From an uncultured archaeon (GTDB taxonomy: Archaea > Thermoplasmatota > Thermoplasmata > Thermoplasmatales > Thermoplasmataceae), in the NCBI GenBank assembly GCA_000965745.1, contig CP009479.1, positions 1,344,001 through 1,408,000 on the forward strand: DNA of 64,000 bases. Reading direction: 5' to 3'. The position numbers and the translations under genes are program-made. Within the stretch, counting starts at the first letter, position 1; every line of letters starts with the position of its first letter. Below the pieces are notes generated by a model. That model had not been told where the DNA came from. It ran no database searches and saw only the letters and a list, made by a program, of their open reading frames with translations. Positions 61,436 through 64,000 of the stretch are shown piece after piece.

Positions 61436-62455
61436 TCAAAAGAATGAGTCAAGATTGGCCTGCGAAGTTTTCCCGAATGCCTTCTCAAGAGTATCAAGAT
61501 AAGGTGTTACACGCCCCTCAGAGAAGTTGTGCTCTTCACACAGGAACCTCAGTATCCCTTCTCTGTCCGGTTTATTAAAGGTGAGGTCAAAGTCTGTTTT
61601 TACATCGGGGTTCATGAAAATTTCTATGATTCTGTCCTGGTTCTCTATCTCCTGATCCTTCTCCTTCAGCACAGTTGCAATGTCTCCATGCTTCTTTATC
61701 AGCTTGAGTGCAGTCTTGGGGCCTATACCCTTGATCCCCCTGTTGAAATCTGTCCCAACCAGGATACCTATGTGAATAAGCTGCTCCAGAGTCACTTCAT
61801 TCTTTTTCAGCGTCTCTTCGAGCTCAATGTATTCTGGCTGAACATTGACGTAAATATTCCTTCCGGGCACTTTTCTCCTGCCAAAAACAGCAAAGTTTCT
61901 GAGAATACGTGCTGCACCGAACAGCAGGCAGTCATAATCCTGAGATATGACGCCATTGACCTTTCCTACCTTGCTCATGTACGAAGCCTGTGCTTCCCCT
62001 TCGGAAGGCGCTTCAACATAGGGGAGCCCCATCAGTGACAGAAGTTCCATAGTCTCTGAAACGATCTCGCCGCTTACGTAATTTATACGCGATGAAAGCG
62101 ATCTCACACGGGCCGAATCTCCTTCTTCCCTTGCCTGGGCTAGCTCAATCCTTGCTTTCTCCTTGGCAAGTTTTCTTTCCTCGATTGTTCTGTTCTTCAG
62201 AACCGCAGGTTTTCCGTCAAAAACATAGACAGGCCTTATCCCGCTGTCGAGCATGTTTATGGTTCTATAGAAAAGGCCAGATAGATGTGAAGTTACTCTC
62301 CCCTGACTGTCCATCAATGGAGTTCCATCCGGCTGCCTTATGCTGCTCAAAAACTGGTAAAGTATATTGTAGGCATCAACTGAAAAGGTTGAGCCGGAAT
62401 GTTCCCTGAGTGATGTTTGATGTTTGACCACTAGATCTGATATGTCTACGCCCAT
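61436..62455 (-). CDS. fen: Flap endonuclease 1
   Basis: MGVD, YVFDG, EGEAQ, GTDFN, PIP box QANLDSFF. Confidence 0.97.
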   Translation of the reverse strand: MGVDISDLVVKHQTSLREHSGSTFSVDAYNILYQFLSSIRQPDGTPLMDSQGRVTSHLSGLFYRTINMLDSGIRPVYVFDGKPAVLKNRTIEERKLAKEKARIELAQAREEGDSARVRSLSSRINYVSGEIVSETMELLSLMGLPYVEAPSEGEAQASYMSKVGKVNGVISQDYDCLLFGAARILRNFAVFGRRKVPGRNIYVNVQPEYIELEETLKKNEVTLEQLIHIGILVGTDFNRGIKGIGPKTALKLIKKHGDIATVLKEKDQEIENQDRIIEIFMNPDVKTDFDLTFNKPDREGILRFLCEEHNFSEGRVTPYLDTLEKAFGKTSQANLDSFF

Positions 62456-62457
62456 GT

Positions 62458-63156
62458 TTATCCCTCACAGTTTACTCCATAATCCACTATCCTGTATTCC
62501 GAACTGTTGCCTTCAGGTATGGACCTGTGCTTTGATACTGAAATTCTTCTTTTCCCTCCCGGAAGTTTCTCGAGCTGGTATATGGCCTTCATTGAATGGT
62601 CTATGAGGAAGCCCCCGAAAGGATGGAGCAGTTTTGAATCCATGTCCTGGTAAATCTGGTTGGTGATAAGTACCGGGACATTTCCCCTTAGGGCGATGGA
62701 TGAAAGGAGGCCCAACTGTTTCTGGAATCCCGCTGATCTGGAAGCAGCATCCGCCGTCTTTTCCAGCCTGAAATATTCAGTGAACGAATCCACGATCACA
62801 ATGCCTATCTTCCTGCTCTTTTCGAGCATTTTAAGTACCCTCATTATCGAGAGTTCCTGGTCATCAAGTGAGGAGACTCTGTAAAGCATAAGGCTCTCCG
62901 ACGGCTCACTTGAACCACCGCAGATCTGCATGAACCTGTCCGCGGAAAAACCTTCAGTGTCCAGAAAGACAGCAGTCTTGTCGTTCTTTATGGCTGCAAG
63001 CGCGAAAAGCATTGACATATTGCTCTTGCCTGATCCACCTTCACCGTAGAGTTCCGTTATTACCCCGCTTTCGAGGCCACCATTCATGAGTGAGTCAATG
63101 CAGCTGACTCCCACTGGTAGCTTCTCCAATTTCTGTGCGGGGTCTATTTTCTCCAT
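62458..63156 (-). CDS. radB: DNA repair protein RadB
   Basis: [15 protein letters not shown] motif. Confidence 0.92.
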   Translation of the reverse strand: MEKIDPAQKLEKLPVGVSCIDSLMNGGLESGVITELYGEGGSGKSNMSMLFALAAIKNDKTAVFLDTEGFSADRFMQICGGSSEPSESLMLYRVSSLDDQELSIMRVLKMLEKSRKIGIVIVDSFTEYFRLEKTADAASRSAGFQKQLGLLSSIALRGNVPVLITNQIYQDMDSKLLHPFGGFLIDHSMKAIYQLEKLPGGKRRISVSKHRSIPEGNSSEYRIVDYGVNCEG

Positions 63157-63190
63157 ATTATCGTAATGTTACTGATATATAAAACCAGTT

Positions 63191-63886
63191 TCAGGTCATG
63201 TCCAGGTAAGCTTTGACGATCAGCCCGGCAAGGGCTTGAAGGTCATTTGACTGCAGTGTTGCTGTGGCATGACGCCCTACTTCTTCCTCTGTGGGGTTGA
63301 ACCCAACCGAAAAGGCAGAATTGTTGAACATCGGCACGTCATGGATGGAATCTCCAACGCTAACTGTCCTTTCACTACTTATTTTGAGCTCTTTCTGCAA
63401 TTTCCGGACAGCCAGATCTTTTCTGAGTGGATCCACAACTGCAACTCCTTTTGGCTGTATAATTCCCTCTGAATCGGTATTCAGATAATTCACGTATGTG
63501 AAATCGAAATGAAAGGTTCCGTTTATCCTGTCGGAAAGCCATGAAATGCCACCAGAGATTATCGCCAGGGTTGACCCATAGCCACGGAGGGTCTCCATGG
63601 ATTCTCGAAGATTGTCTCTCAAAGGGATGGTGTTGAGTATATTCACTATGTCCTCTCTCCTTATCCTTCCCAGCTTTCGGTTCCAGAGGCGGACATCGCT
63701 CTCAAGAAATGTCTCATAACTTATCTCCCTGTTTTTGAAAAGCTCGTAATTCTTCCTGTTATTGACCCCTATCCTGTCGTGGACATACTGCCAGCTGCTC
63801 GAGTGCTGAGTCAATACGCCATCCATGTCGAAAATGATAAGGGTCCTCTCCTGTCTACTCACTTTTGAGGTATATTCATAACGCAT
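63191..63886 (-). CDS. HAD-IB phosphatase (phosphoserine phosphatase-like)
   Basis: FDMDGVL, ISGG, VGDSIHD. Confidence 0.85.
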   Translation of the reverse strand: MRYEYTSKVSRQERTLIIFDMDGVLTQHSSSWQYVHDRIGVNNRKNYELFKNREISYETFLESDVRLWNRKLGRIRREDIVNILNTIPLRDNLRESMETLRGYGSTLAIISGGISWLSDRINGTFHFDFTYVNYLNTDSEGIIQPKGVAVVDPLRKDLAVRKLQKELKISSERTVSVGDSIHDVPMFNNSAFSVGFNPTEEEVGRHATATLQSNDLQALAGLIVKAYLDMT

Positions 63887-63914
63887 TAATCAGCCTTTTT
63901 GATATTTTGGAGTT

Positions 63915-63959
63915 GGGACAGGCAGGCATTCTGCTTTAATAGGGCGGGGAGGATGTCAC
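63915..63959 (+). mobile_element. Orphan IS605 right-end remnant
   Basis: ATAGGGCGGGGAGGATGTCAC at 63939-63959 is identical to 50856-50876; no transposase upstream. Confidence 0.8.
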
Positions 63960-64000
63960 CGATCAATAGGACTTGGAGAAAACCGACTTCTTCCCGTCAG

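Overview
Archaeal chromosomal DNA, most likely Thermoplasmatales, judged from archaeal-type aIF5A, L10e, L40e, S17e, RpoL, EF-1alpha/EF-2, Cdc6, FEN1 and RadB alongside bacterial-type grpE-dnaK-dnaJ and folC. It is mostly housekeeping: translation, 2-oxoacid:ferredoxin oxidoreductase, FBPase V, a heme-copper oxidase/cupredoxin cluster, a TusA-SQR-like-DUF1641-OsmC sulfur cluster, beta-oxidation genes and SMC-ScpA. There is one apparently intact IS605-type element (tnpA+tnpB) and an orphan copy of its right end. I saw no CRISPR array, tRNA or rRNA. The top candidate for an undescribed system lies directly downstream of smc-scpA (no adjacent scpB): a Cas4-like Fe-S nuclease split into two in-frame halves by a single TGA, each half carrying a transmembrane helix. 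Other oddities are apparent ACG starts (purQ and an AbrB-like gene), enzyme homologs lacking catalytic residues (Cys-free SQR, AlaX without Zn ligands, degenerate CPBP), and a strong SD plus TTG start for agmatinase buried inside aIF5A. All family calls come from motif recognition by eye; no database search was run.
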